NCBI GenBank assembly: GCA_002269645.1 | Contig: NIVC01000528.1 | Coordinates: 1-64,000, forward strand | Origin: Macrostomum lignano | Taxonomy: Eukaryota | DNA: 64,000 nt | Direction of reading: 5' to 3' | Shown here: in pieces, positions 48,363 to 61,618 of the stretch | Layout: each line of letters opens with the position of its first letter | How positions within the stretch are numbered: the stretch's first letter is position 1 | Program-made: the position numbers and the translations under genes | The notes under the pieces: model-generated | What the model saw: the letters and a program-made list of their open reading frames with translations, nothing else | The model's database searches: none | What the model was told of the DNA's origin: nothing

Positions 48363-51300
48363 GTGCAACCTGAAATAACTGCAAGGACAGTGAAAATAAA
48401 ATTAGTCATATTTTTCGATGGTACTGCACTATTTTTGTGAAGCACATTTTTTATTAACTTTTGTGTTTCTTCTACCAACTTTGGCAGTTTTACAACTTTA
48501 CAGTTAGTACTTTTTAAACTTTCTACTTATTCCAGACAAATATACCTATATTATTCAAGAAAATTATGCTCGCTTTTGACGGTGTGACGAATTTAATCTG
48601 GCAGTCCTTGGCAGAACAAGACCGAACAAGACCGAAGAAGAATGCAAGTATAGCGCAGTCCAATATTCAATTGAATTTATATCTTTTGCTTGCTTAGTTG
48701 GCCAAGTTTTTTATTTGTTTTTGAGTAGCGACGAAAAACGAACAGTTAATATAAAACGATAGATGATACAGCGAATTGTAATTGGCTGAGAGTTACGATG
48801 GGCGCTGGGCAAAATATTGATTTGTTAAAAATTCATCACTTGCCGACATATAAAAGCCGATTCAATGAATGTACTCGTACACAGAATTCATACAAAATAT
48901 GATACACTTACGTAGTAGTCTACTGATAGTAAAAATGATAGTAAAACAATGAAGTTTTCCACAAGTCCCCCGTCACAACGGCTTCTATATGCCCAACAGC
49001 TTATACTCGTACATTGCTTTTTATCTGACATGATAAAGCTAGAAGTCACTAATCACAATTAAAAAAATTTATGAAAAATAACAAGGACAAAAAACTACTG
49101 ATGATAAAAATCAAATGATGGGAGCTCAAAGTGCAAATGCAAGTGCATGCAAACAGGTTATTTTTGTGATTTAATGATTTAAAGTTATTTATTGATTTAT
49201 AATGATTTAATACTGAATTCTAGATGTCTTAAAAGGAATTTTCATTGATAAGCAGGATTTTGAGTGACCATAAAACTGTAAACCATTTTAGTTGTTTATT
49301 TCAAATATGTAAAAAAATATCTCTTTAAAATGAAGCTACCTAAAAGCTGAGATAGTTCTTACATTTAAAAACTACATGTTTTGGCTGCTAAAATTAAGGA
49401 TAGAGGAACAAAAAGTAATGCTTCTTTACAGATTTTTCTAACTATTATTTTTTATTAGAACAATGCAATTAAAATTTTGCTAATATATATATTAGTATAA
49501 CTATCAAGCATAATTCGTGTTCAATGTGTCTTTTACTATGAAAGTTTCAAGACAGAATTTAAAAGATATAAAAATATCTATTCTTTAAAATAGCAAGACA
49601 CAAGCCAAGGACTAAACAGTAATTAGTAGTATAGTTGCACACCTATCGCTTAGATCTTTAATTATTTTGGTTATTAATACCCTTTAAATAGTAGAAATGA
49701 ACAAAAGAAAGCTAATTTCGAGATTGAGGCAAAAACTGAGAATGCGCACTTCCATGTTGCTAGCCGCGTCTCAACCGCATCAAAATTTTAAACTCATGCC
49801 CCAGATGCGGCTGTAGTAAAATCTTATAGATTGGTCTGAAAGTTATGTCCCAAAAAAATTCGCGCGATAAATCGATAGTTCATTTATCATGCAGTCAATA
49901 AAAATGATAGAGTTCCTGAGCAGCGCGCGATAACATTCAAATCTATTACTTTTTTATGCTGTGTTTCATTTATGTGTGTAAAGAAGTTCAGCCTAATATT
50001 TCAACTTCAAACTTTGAAATTAATTTACAGTTAGCTAAGTTTAACAGTCATTTTTTCAACTTTTTTGATCGTGCTTTGTTAAAGTGCAATGAATTCAAAC
50101 GCCAGTTTAACTTGGAAGCGATCTTAACTCTCATTCCTAGATAAAACCTTGAATATTCACAGTTTAACTTGGAATTTAACCAGGAATCGGCTTCAATTTT
50201 TTAAGCTGGGGGGGGGGGGCTAATTCGCCTAGCTTTCGTTCCGAATTTCCAGCTTACTGTCCAGGTGTCCAGCTGTTTGCCCAGATGTCTAGCTTTTTGT
50301 ATAAAGTATTTTTTAAGGTAAATAAAATTATTTCGCCAAAACTTTACAGGCATAATCTGCACTTCTTGCTTCATTCATTTTGTTATATCCAGCTACATCA
50401 TAATAGCTACTTGCAAACTGCTTAACAATATTTGCTTAAATTAGTCAACTCATTCGTCACGATGCTAGCAATTGTATGTTATATTTATATATCATTTTAA
50501 ATTCAGTGTTAGTATTAGTCCAGACAGGGCACACCGGGAAGATCAATTAAGTAGGTTACAGCTCACGCTTGGACTTAACGACCTAAACCAGGTATTACAT
50601 TAATAACTGAGCATTTATGACCATGTTATATAAGTATGAAAATCTATAAGAAGTGAAAAGAATCATAGTTCAAAGACTACAAGGAGGCAAGAATTGCCTT
50701 TTCTGCAAAAAAGACAATGTGGGGCATGCATATTGTTCTTGGCCTTATGCTGCAACCACCTCAATCTTTACATAAGCCCATTAGCATAAAGCTAAAAATG
50801 CCTTTTCTGCAAAAAAGGTTGTGCAAAACACACATTGTTCTAGGTCTAAGGTCTTATGCCGCACCTATCTCAACTTCCACAGATTCCCACTAGCTAAACT
50901 TATTGGCATAGATTTTAATTGGCTAAAGAATTTTAAAGCCTTAATGAAATTGATATATCTGGATCTATAGTTTAAACAGTGGTAAATTATTATACACTTT
51001 CTATTTTATTTATGATAGGGGGGGGGGCCTATTTATATAATACATTAAGCTTTTTCTATTTTACAGGGCCTAATCATTAAGTAGGCCTAAGTAATTTCAA
51101 GTATTTAGGATCAAACACAATGCAATGTAGATATTTTAATTAAAATGTATACTCATATCTGTAGATATAAGGTATTAAACTTATTTGTATAATTAGTGAA
51201 AATTAAAAAAATCAATTTAATTGTGATACAAAAGATGATTTTGATTTATTACTACACTTACACTTTTGTAGATTTTTTTGCCTTGAGGCTGATTATTAGA

Positions 51301-52845
51301 TTCTAAATTTAGAGGTCTCATTCTAAATGGTTTATTCTCCCAATCTTTGACTTTGGGGTTATTCATAGGCTAATCTAATATTTATATTCTGTTTATTACT
51401 CGATTGCTAAAATAATTAGTTCATAAAAATAGGCAATTGCCCTAACCTAAAACTGATTATCATTTTTTTCTCCAAATTATAGTTGGTAAAAATCATAGTT
51501 TCCAAATAAAAATTATATTACAATATAGTTTAAACATCTTCATTGTTAGTTCAAATCTGGTTAAGCCCTAGGCTATCTGTCTTGATTAATTTTATTTTTG
51601 ATAATATTTAAACTCAAACAAAACAAGTAATTGAAAAAGATATAAAATAGGCTTTGAGGTTTTATTTAATTTGGCTTGTAACTTATTTCTATTTAGAGTT
51701 TTATTCTAAAATTAGCCTTATTATTTAAAACAAATTTTTACAAAATATATATGAGTAGAAAATATTTCTAATATTTGTATAGGGCCTAAGTATAAAAATT
51801 TGGTAGAATTTAAAAATACTATTTTCTAAGAAATCAAGATAAAGCCTATTACATACAAAAAAATCATCAAAAATGTTAAATAGTGAATTGCTAAGATATT
51901 TATTAGGGCTTATAGGAATAATTTTTTAAGATATCAAGGCTAATAAAGAATTGATAAAATGTATATCAAGACTCATGACTAATATAAAGGAAGTTACTAA
52001 AATGCAAAGTATGATTAAGGGTTGCTAAAATGTCAAGGCTTATAGGGAGATTGCTAATATTTTAAGACTAACAAGTGGAATTGCTGAAATATTAAGGATG
52101 ACAAGTGGAACTGCTAAGATATCAAGGTGGTAATTGCTAAAGTTTTAATTCTGATAAGTGATAGGGAATTACTAAGATGTCAAGGCTTATAAAGGAGAAC
52201 TGCTAATATTTCTAAGTTTCCCAGTAGGGAATTTCAGTATGCCCAATTGTGTGCTGATGGCGGCGCCCCTTTTTATGTGCCAATGCACAAGGTATAGGAC
52301 TATGTGCACGGTTGCCCCAAATGATATGGGGTGCACAGTTAGATTTATATTGAATATACTCCTTTTATCCTACTAATAGTAGTATGCTTAGCATATGCAA
52401 GAAAAACAAGTTAATAGTTTTGCATTTGTAGGCATATTGTACACAGTACCGCTTCATTATACCAATTTCCCAAAAATAACTAGTTAAAATGTCTACAATT
52501 CTTAACAAATGAACTTGAACAAATAAACTGCTCATAGCATTGAATTTCATTTTATTTGTGTATTTATTTTACTTATTTTTTACTTATTTTACTTATAAAT
52601 GAAAAGAAAAACTTACTCCAACAAAATTTTGAGAATACATAGGATTTCTACATGTAATCATTTTTTGAAAAAGACATGAACTTTTAAAATTGTAATAATG
52701 AAATAAAAGCAGCATTAAATTTGATGTTAATGTTATAGTGTCCATAAAAAAAGTATGACATAGAATGGAATAAATAAGAACTAGAATAGAAAAGACAAAA
52801 ATCATTTACATAAAAGTAATTTTTTAAGCATTATAGATATGGGAA

Positions 52846-53116
52846 CAGGGGCGTAGCAAGGGGGGTATCGGTATATCGGCCGATACCCCCAAATTTCCAA
52901 AGCAACATTTTTTTTCCTTTTTTCAGTTGCAATTGTGACCATTAACTAAGGAAGAGAAAGGTATCCAAATCGAAAGAATAACAATTAACAAACAAATAGA
53001 GTAATTATATGTATTATGCACTAGAAATATATTAAGGGGATATGTGGATCTCAAGCCCTTGCTTTCTGATAACAGCTAACCGATACCCCCAAAAAAAAAT
53101 CCTGGCTACGCCCCTG
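52846..53116 (+). mobile_element. 271-bp hAT MITE, deletion derivative of the 13856-17064 family
   Basis: Same TIRs (CAGGGGCGTAGC / GCTACGCCCCTG); 8-bp TSD TATGGGAA at 52838-52845 and 53117-53124; about 210 bp of 5' end joined to about 55 bp of 3' end. Confidence 0.96.
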
Positions 53117-53392
53117 TATGGGAAACAAGCTTGTAAACTGTTTCCTGTATTTATAAATTTAGTCGACAAGTTGTGATAAGTGTAAGCTAGGATTTATACC
53201 CATAAGGCTTGTTTCTCACTTTTATGGTTTCTGGCACCATCTCCCAAACATTTCTGACCCCTTCAACAATTACCAAAGCTTTTGCGCCTTTTGTGACAAA
53301 GTTTCTGGAGCCCTTTGAAATTAACCCATTCTACTATATCGGTGTTTAGCAATTGCAATTGTCAATACTTATTGATTTAAAAAATCGAATCA

Positions 53393-56072
53393 TTAATAGT
53401 GGTCAGTGTCTATCTGATCATCTTCAGACTCTGACAATGACACAAATCTCTGAAATGGTACCAACCATTGCACTAATTTGTGGCTCTTATAGCCCCAGCC
53501 CTGGCGCTTGCTTTGTGGCACTTGGTGCTTATTATGAGTTGATGGCAGTGCAGCTGAGGCAGCAGAGGTGGACAACCTTCTGTCATTACAAGGCTTCATC
53601 CGCTTCAATGCCGGATCTGCTGAGACAGCAGAGGCTGACAACCTTCTATTGTTAGAAGGCATCAATGCCAGATCTGCTAAGACAGCAAACAACCCCTTAG
53701 GGCCTCTATTATTTTTAGGCATTGATGCAAGGGCAGCGGGATTAGCTGTTCCAAGTTCAGGCTGTTGCCAATGTCTTCTCCCAGCAATTCTGTCATTGCC
53801 ACATTTGAGCTGATCCACAATGACAGTTTTTACATTGTCTTAGGAGAGATGCCCAAGCTCTTCAGATAGGCCATAGATGGTGGTAATGGCATCTGTGGGT
53901 TCAAAAGTTGACCAGTAAAAGTGAAAATATGTTTGTTTAAAGCATTACTGTTTTATATTGTATATATTTCTCCACACTAATTTTATTACTCCACAATTGT
54001 ATATATTGTGGAGCCAAATTATGAAGCACTAAGTTAGAATTCCTTAGTTTGGTATTTTTTAAATAAATAAGTGTTTTAAGATTTTGCTAATAATTGTATG
54101 CCCATGTTACCCATCTCCCCATTTAAAATTAAAAAGGAAAAAGTATGGATTTATTTTGTGTTATAAACAGAAAGTCCTTACCTTGAAGTCTCTCAATGAA
54201 TAGGGCACTAAAAGCCAATTCGCCATTTGATAGGATAGTTTCCATGCTAGCATTATGGGCTCTTGCTTGCAGGTCATTGCCTTTGAAGTTTATGACCACC
54301 TGCATATTTGCCAACAGAGTGCAGTCCAGCATAGCCCAGATAGAATCCTGCTATCTCTGTCTGCAACACATGCAGTAGAAGCCTCTGGAAATAATTGTAT
54401 TAATGATATATATTCTGTATTTTCAATGCTAATTTTGTATTATACACATAAAAATAGCTTTAAAGTTGATTTTCTGTCATACTACTCACTAGCTATAATC
54501 AGTAGAGTAACTAGAAAATTCTGCTTAGTTTAAGTTTGGAATTTAATTTATTGAAAAAATAACTTTAAATGCTGAGTTTCTAACACATTTTGCATGGCCA
54601 GAGTCTGAATATACTTTTGTTGGCTAAATATAAATATATTTTACCAAGGATGCTAAATGCTCTACTGGCCACTTGGCAGCAAACTGAATGTACTGCTCCC
54701 AGCTTCTAACAGGCCAAAAGGTGGTCTCTAGTGTAGCATCTGGGTCCAGTTAAGCTGAAATCTGCGTCAGCTCAGCACGCATGCCCAACACCTCATTGAC
54801 AACTCTTTTGAGATACTCCACAAGCTGAATATGCCATACCTTGGACTCCCAAAGGTGAGTTAACTGCACAAATAATAGCCCAAGAAAACTGTCCAATGGG
54901 CCCGTGTGGCATCTTTCAAACTGGTCCTATAAAGACCAAATTACTATTGCGATGTTGCTGCAATTGGCTAAGCTGAATTTTCTGAAAACATCCCACTTGC
55001 TGCTGCAGTTTTGCCTGGCAGACTCTTTGGCACAGTAGAGTCATTTGGGACTTGGCACCTCAGTTTTGGTATTGGTGGCAGGCCTATTGTTGATGGCGTC
55101 GGCACCGGGGCAGCATCCTCTATGGCCTGACTCAGTCTTAAGTGGCAGAGACTGCACCGACTGTGGCAGTTGCATAGTCGTATCATTGCCCCCAGCTTCT
55201 GGCGACACAAGTGATGTTGGTGGCTGAGACTCCTCAGCTGTGTTTCTGTCATCCAAACTAGGTGACATGGGCAGAAGCTGAGCTGCCATCTCTACCACTT
55301 TTGCTGCTCTATGCCAATAACAAACTGCCTCACTTCGCTGCTCATCAGCTGCATCTTGAGTCTTGAAGAAGGTGTCTGTATCAGACGCAGAGCCTATTGT
55401 AACATCCTGCGTGATGTACATGTAAATATAAAAATTCTGTATTCAGAGTTGATTAACAGATGGAAATTAATTCCAATGAGATAATGCTATGCTAGATCTG
55501 CTTATTTCAAAGAAAACACTTAGACTTTGAATTGGATAGACAGACAAGAAAAAAATTAAAAGTCTTTAAAAATAATTAACCGATATGGCTTAGTTAATGC
55601 ATATAGCATATATGAGAAAGTGTTGTGGTTATTGTTGATAATTTCAAAGTTGTTCTTGATGTGCTTAACTACTTATTGGTAAAGCTCATGACCCATGGTA
55701 CCCAGCTCATAATTTCTACATTGCTGGCGCGATACACAAGGAACTCACATGAATTTGGTAATGATGATAGGCTTCCTTGGCATCATTTTCAGTAAACACA
55801 CAAGGCTGCACCTTAGCAATTTTTAGCCTAGGAAGTCTTTGATGCATGGAATTCACAGCAATCAATGAATGAAATATACAACTTATTTGGAGAATGACAG
55901 CCTTGTAATATTCCCCTTTGTATTCTACTGAGCAATTCCAAATGTCAATTGACTCTTGGTACATCAGCCATTCTGATTCTGTTAATAATGCTAGATGCGG
56001 AGGCAGTCTAACATCTTCTATTTCAGTCTCAATGACTTGTCTATCAACTTTGAAAACAATCACAAATTTCAT
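53393..56072 (-). pseudogene. Decayed multi-exon BEN/DUF4806-like accessory gene (copy B)
   Basis: MKFVIVFKVDRQVIETEIEDV...YKGEYYKAVILQIS; ...WPVRSWEQY...; DSIWAMLDCTLLANMQVVINFKGN; NVKTVIVDQLKCGNDRIAGRR. In-frame stops and a frameshift. Exon limits approximate. Confidence 0.6.
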
Positions 56073-56624
56073 TATTTGCAAAAATGCAAAGATAGATCTA
56101 GTACAAACCTTGAATGGGGTTGTTGGAGTGCTAAAAAATAGATACAAGCTAGAAGGAACAAAAATACTAAATAGCTTATAGTGGCTTTTCAGTCCCCGCC
56201 CTGGTTTTTGGGGGACGAACTCTGGGACCAATGCCATTTCTTCAGGGCAGCCACAATAGGTTGGTAATAAGTTCTAGCCAACAGCCAGTAGCCAATTAGC
56301 TTAAAGTAAACTTGAAACTTTGAAAGCTTTGAATTAGAAATTTTGCTTTTTAATTTATTTTTATAGTACAAGCTTGTATTTTTAGAAAACTTTAAATTTT
56401 CTGGAATTGGGTTAAGGCTATTTTAATCTTTCATTTTTACTTTTACCAATCCAAAAAGCAGAAAACTGATTTCTTAACCTTTGGCCCTTCTATGGCACTC
56501 TGCCTCTTTAATGGAGGGGCTGCAGCCAGTTTCTAAAAATAACCATCCCAACCTTTACCTATAGGGGGTTGCTATCATAAACTTGAAAAATCGCAACTCC
56601 AAAAAGTGCTTCCCATTATAAACC

Positions 56625-56840
56625 CAAAATATCATAAACCCAAAATATCATAACTCCAAAAAACAAATAGCAACACCCATTATAAACCCAAAATATCATG
56701 ACTCCAAAATATCACAAACCCAAAAAATCACAACTCCGAAAACCAAAATAGCATTGCCCATCATAAACCTAAAATATCATAACTCCAAAAAACAAAATAG
56801 CAACAGCCATCATAAACACAAAATATCATAACTCCAAAAG
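56625..56840. repeat. A-rich degenerate tandem repeat (AAACCCAAAATATCAT core)
   Basis: Direct reading. Confidence 0.8.
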
Positions 56841-57479
56841 TTCTAGCTATGTCCAACACTTTGCACATGTTCTGCATTCAAGCCAAATAACCCCCCCCCC
56901 CTACATGTTGGGGGTGCAATTATTAAATTAAATGCTTTCCCAGAATGGGACATTTGGGCCTAGGACTCCTAGGCCTACTTTGCTAAGGGGCCTAGGAACT
57001 AGGAAGTGGGCCCAAGAGTCCTTGGCTAAATGTAGTTAGCAGTTGTATAGTGTAAAAAGCAGATAGATACGACTATGTAGAGCTTCAATTGGTTTTATTA
57101 TCAGCTCCCTTCCAATAGGCAGCCCTGTGTATTTGCTGGGCAGTGAAATTCAATGACTAAACTTGCGACCTTCTAAAGAAGGCAGCTGGGAAATTGGGAA
57201 TTCAAATGATAACTGTTCATCAAGTTTTAAACTTTGAGAAGAAAGACTTAAATTGCTAGAAAGATCTTTCAATGTTGAGTTCAATGATAAGGGTTGGTGG
57301 CAATAGGGCTCAATATACATAGCAAAATGCATTGCTTCAAAATTACATCATTTGTAGCCTTCTCTGCACCCCAGTGGATTTCAATAAACTCCAGTCTCAT
57401 GAAAAAAAATTGATGGAATTCTGTTTCATGGAGAGGATTTGGATAGATTTGGCACCTTCAGTCAATCAGAAAAAAGAGT

Positions 57480-57950
57480 AAAAAAGAGTGAAAAGAGCAG
57501 AGAGATGATAGAAAAAATAGAGTAAATGTGAGAGAGGATAGATTAGAGATGACAGATGGGAGAGAAGAGGGGAATAAGGTGGGAATGAAGAAGAAAAGAG
57601 AAGAGAAAAGAGCAGATGAGAGCGAAGATATAAGATAGCAGAGAGGAGACAGGAGAGATAAGAAGAGAAAGAAGAGAGGGGATAAAAGTGTTACAGTGGA
57701 AATAAAAGCAGAGAGAGAAAAAGAGTAGAGATAAGCGATGCAAAAGGAAAGGAGAGAGGAGAGAGTAAAGACAAAAGATAAGGAAGAAGAGATAAATAAG
57801 GGAGACTAGAGAAAGGAGAGTGAAGCAAAAGGAGAAGGGAGAGAGATCAGAGATAAGAAAGTTAAGAGGGGAAAGGGAGTGTAAGAGAGGAGCACAGAGA
57901 AGAGAGATGAGAGATGAGAAGGCAAGGATGAGAAAAAAGACAGGAGAATC
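57480..57950. repeat. GA-rich low-complexity tract
   Basis: Direct reading; false hydrophobic ORF on the minus strand. Confidence 0.88.
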
Positions 57951-59282
57951 TGAGTCTAGACAATGGCATTCAGTTTTTGCAAACAGGGAAAAATATATGG
58001 TATTTGAAAGGCTTTGTAGAGGATTGGAGACAATTTGGAAGATGAGATTCAAGTCATGGAATTTCAGCTAATGGATTTCAGGGAATGGAATTCTAGTGAT
58101 AGGAGTTTTTCACCTTTCTCCTCCAAAGGAGGAGTTTCACTCGTTATTCATAATGCCAAGAATTATGAATAACGAGTGAATGGTATTGGGGGCTTACTCT
58201 TTCTTAGTGCTCCAAACCACTCCTTTACTTTTCGTCTCTTTCTTCCCTTGTAGAAGGAAGAATCCCAAAAAGGCGGGACCTGCAAAAGCAGATTGTTATC
58301 CTCTAGATTGGTAAAATGAGTGAAAGAAAATATAGGCTCATTTAGTTTGAGCCAGGTGTTAATTTGTAAAATTGCGGGCTTTTTCAGAGCCATGTGAAAA
58401 AAGAATTTATAAGAAAAATAAAAAGAAAATATTTAAATAGCATTAAAAAATTCTAGCTAGAAACAGACCCGCATATAAATTTATAGGAGTCACAATCACA
58501 ATGGGTGCTATCTAAACAGACTAGCCAAATAAATTCTTTTTTGGACTGCAGCTAGTTTCTTCCTAACACTAAATTGTATGATTTTTCAGCAATTTCCTGC
58601 TCTGTATCACTATTGCATACTTGCTGTCAAATATTTCTATAAGAAAGAACAAAGAAGCACAAAATTTTCATTTAATTTTTATCAATGCCATACACCTTAT
58701 GAGCACTATAGGGATTTCAGTCCTGGCAGCCTGGGATTAGGATTAGGACTAATCTAGGGACTTCTAGAGCTGAGATTCTACAGATCATTAGAGCATACCA
58801 TTCGGTGTCTTCCCCAGAAAGAATCCTGTCTCTAGCTTAATCAGCTTTCCAGATATTTGAAGGCAGAGATTCTGGAAAATTCCAATGCATTTAAATGGGG
58901 AATCCCTAATGCTTTTTTGCTTTAAACATCCCAGCAGAAAAAGGCGCCGTTGGTACAACATTAGGTGCCGACAGCGTACCAACGTATGTTTGACCGGGGC
59001 AATACCGTTGGTTCAACGGCTGAATTCCAACGGCATTTGACAACGCTTAACCAACGCTTTATTGATTTATTCCCGATACAATACTTGGTACACAAGTACG
59101 TAAAAGAAGAAGACTGAAACAATACGGGGCTCGGATAAGATTTTTTCATGGTACTTACTGGCATGTAAGTACCAGTACCTCGTACTAGCACGAAATAAAT
59201 TAATATATTGGCTTTTCAAATTTTATATATTATTCAGTAGTTAAAAGTTAGTAACAGCAAATTCAATCATTTTAATTTGTTT

Positions 59283-61449
59283 CTAATTGCCTAATAATTC
59301 AAAGCCTTCGCCTTCACTGCTAGAATTGTTGCTACCGGCGCTGGCGCCACCACCATCGCTGCTGTGGACTCTAGAGCTGCACTGCTTCTTGGCGCGCGGA
59401 CTCTGGCGACGTTTACTCGTTCGCTCGCCAGTGGAGTGGCTGTCCTTACCGCTTTTTAGGGCTGCAATCACAGCTTTTTCGACCACAGGATCAGTTGGCC
59501 GATTAATATCCCCTTCAGGGTAGATAGACTTGATCGTTTCTGTAAATGATTTTTGTAGGCAATATATTAAAATATTGACAAGCAATTCAAAGGCTGTAAT
59601 ACTAAACATACAAAAAATACATTTATTACTTTTAATAACAGGCAGGAATGTTGAAGCAAATCCTAACTGCCAATCAGTAAAATCAGAAAGACTGGACAGC
59701 AGTTTTAGTCCCATGCCATTGTAGTTTACCTGCCATAGCATTTTCTTCGACAGGATTTTTCTGACCATCCTTCACACCGTGTCACGCAACGTTTCTGATT
59801 TGCACATGGCAAGTTGTGGCACCTGGAAAAATAAAAAATGGGTTATTCCAGGAGACACGACGATTGCTTTCTCAGTAGTACTAGTAATTTACATAATATT
59901 AAAATTAAAGCATAAGGCTTTGTATGCAACTTTCCTGGAGAAGGTTAGGTTTTGAAAGCCAAGTGGAGAGCATAAAGAGTGCACCACGTGAAATAAACAA
60001 GCAAGAAAAGAGGTGGCGGATCCAATGCCTAGGAATAGGATTGACAGCCAGAGCAAATATACACAAGATGCAGGATGGTCAACTGCTGTACTGGTTTAAA
60101 AACTAGCCAGGTTCTGCCCAGTCGAACCACAAAACAGACCAACTGTAGCATACCTTATAATTTCAATGCAAAAAATTAAAGCACTAAAGGAAATGACAAA
60201 GAAACTTACAAACTGGTTAGCCCTGCTTGGATCATTTATACACTGTGCATAGTCTGTCCATGAATCAATCGGCTGGACATCGACAGAGCCAGAAGTGGCA
60301 GATCTGCTGGCGAAATTACTGCTGATGCCAGACGCTTCTATTAGTCGCTTTAGTTCGCCTAGTGTCGCTATGCACATGCTTGTTCTTCGAAGGTTGAAAA
60401 GCTGGAGCATACAAATGCCTTCTAGCATATTCAGACTAACTCCCAGTTTAGCCTCCATCTTGGATCTTAGTGCAATGAGACTGCTAGCGCCAAAATTCAA
60501 AGAGGATAAGTCAAAGTAATCACATGACTCAGATGACTGCGGTGTAGCATTTCCATCCAGTGGTGGCGCAGCTGAACGGTTTCGAAGTGTTGCCGACGCA
60601 CCGGGGTATGCTTGCGGTGTATTTACTCCAGCCTTATCCACCGTGGACACAGTCAAGTCATGCTGTGGTGTGATAGCTCATTCTCGTTGTGTTGACGCCG
60701 TTGTCTCGCTCTGGCGACACGACGCAATGATAGATTGTGGAAGCGGGGGTAACGATGCTTCAGGAGTAACAGTCGTAACAGGCGAAAGGACCATGTTTCG
60801 GGCGGAAGCCGACCGGCCGACTCTTGGTGTTTGATCATTAATCGCTGGATCATCAGATTCGGTTTGCAGGTTTTGAAAAAAATTGAAGAAAACAAATTAA
60901 AAATAGAAGTAGAGCGATATACCAACACTTAATAATTACCTGGGCTGGTAAAAATCTTTGTCTTTTGTTTGGATCGGCAACTCGGGAGATTAGCTCCAGA
61001 AGTGTACTTATTTTGCAGTTCTTTTGACGCCTGAAGCAACGCATCCAGTTAACAGCAGATGATACATCAAAATCGTCATCAGGAACTACCTGAAATGTTT
61101 GAAGACATTTGAAAATAAAAACGTGACCTACTAAATAAAAACCTTCTAAACTTTGAGTTGCATAATCTCGACACCCTATCGGTGTGTATATATCAAGAAA
61201 ACGATTTTTTACTTATACAGTATTGCATGGAATGAAGTAATAACAATGTAATACTAGTATTATATATAAACTTAACTGCAAGATTGTGCCTAGCCACACA
61301 CGGTTTTCGTAAAAAATATTCACTTCAGCTCTAGTCTTCATTTGGCGCCATTCATCGATGCTGAGCGATGAAAACTCGTTTAGGAAGACGTTCTCACCAG
61401 GAACTTCAACAATCTCCATGTCTTCGTGAAAAATTACAATGAACTTCAT
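59283..61449 (-). pseudogene. BEN/DUF4806-like accessory gene of the EnSpm-like element (copy A), with nonsense codons
   Basis: MKFIVIFHED...WLGTILQLS; exons 61089-60940, about 60865-60210, 59822 onward; ETLRDTV*RMVRKILSKKMLWQVNYNG...VEKAVIAALKSGKD. TGA at 60678-60680 and 59772-59774. Confidence 0.65.
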
Positions 61450-61618
61450 TGCTGGAATTTTTTTATAAAGGGGTGAATGTAGAAATAAAAAAACACTACA
61501 AACACTAACTGAAACACTGAAACACTACATCAAGCACTGACAAAGAGGAAGGTGGTGCAGAAAAGAAAACTTGTTAGGCAAAACATAACTAAACAATTAT
61601 AATTTATGCAAAAACAGC

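Noticed and set aside
52220-57140. Complete second EnSpm element bounded by CCCAG (52220) and CTGGG (57140)
   Set aside because: Only 5 bp of TIR match and the flanking dinucleotides differ (no TSD).
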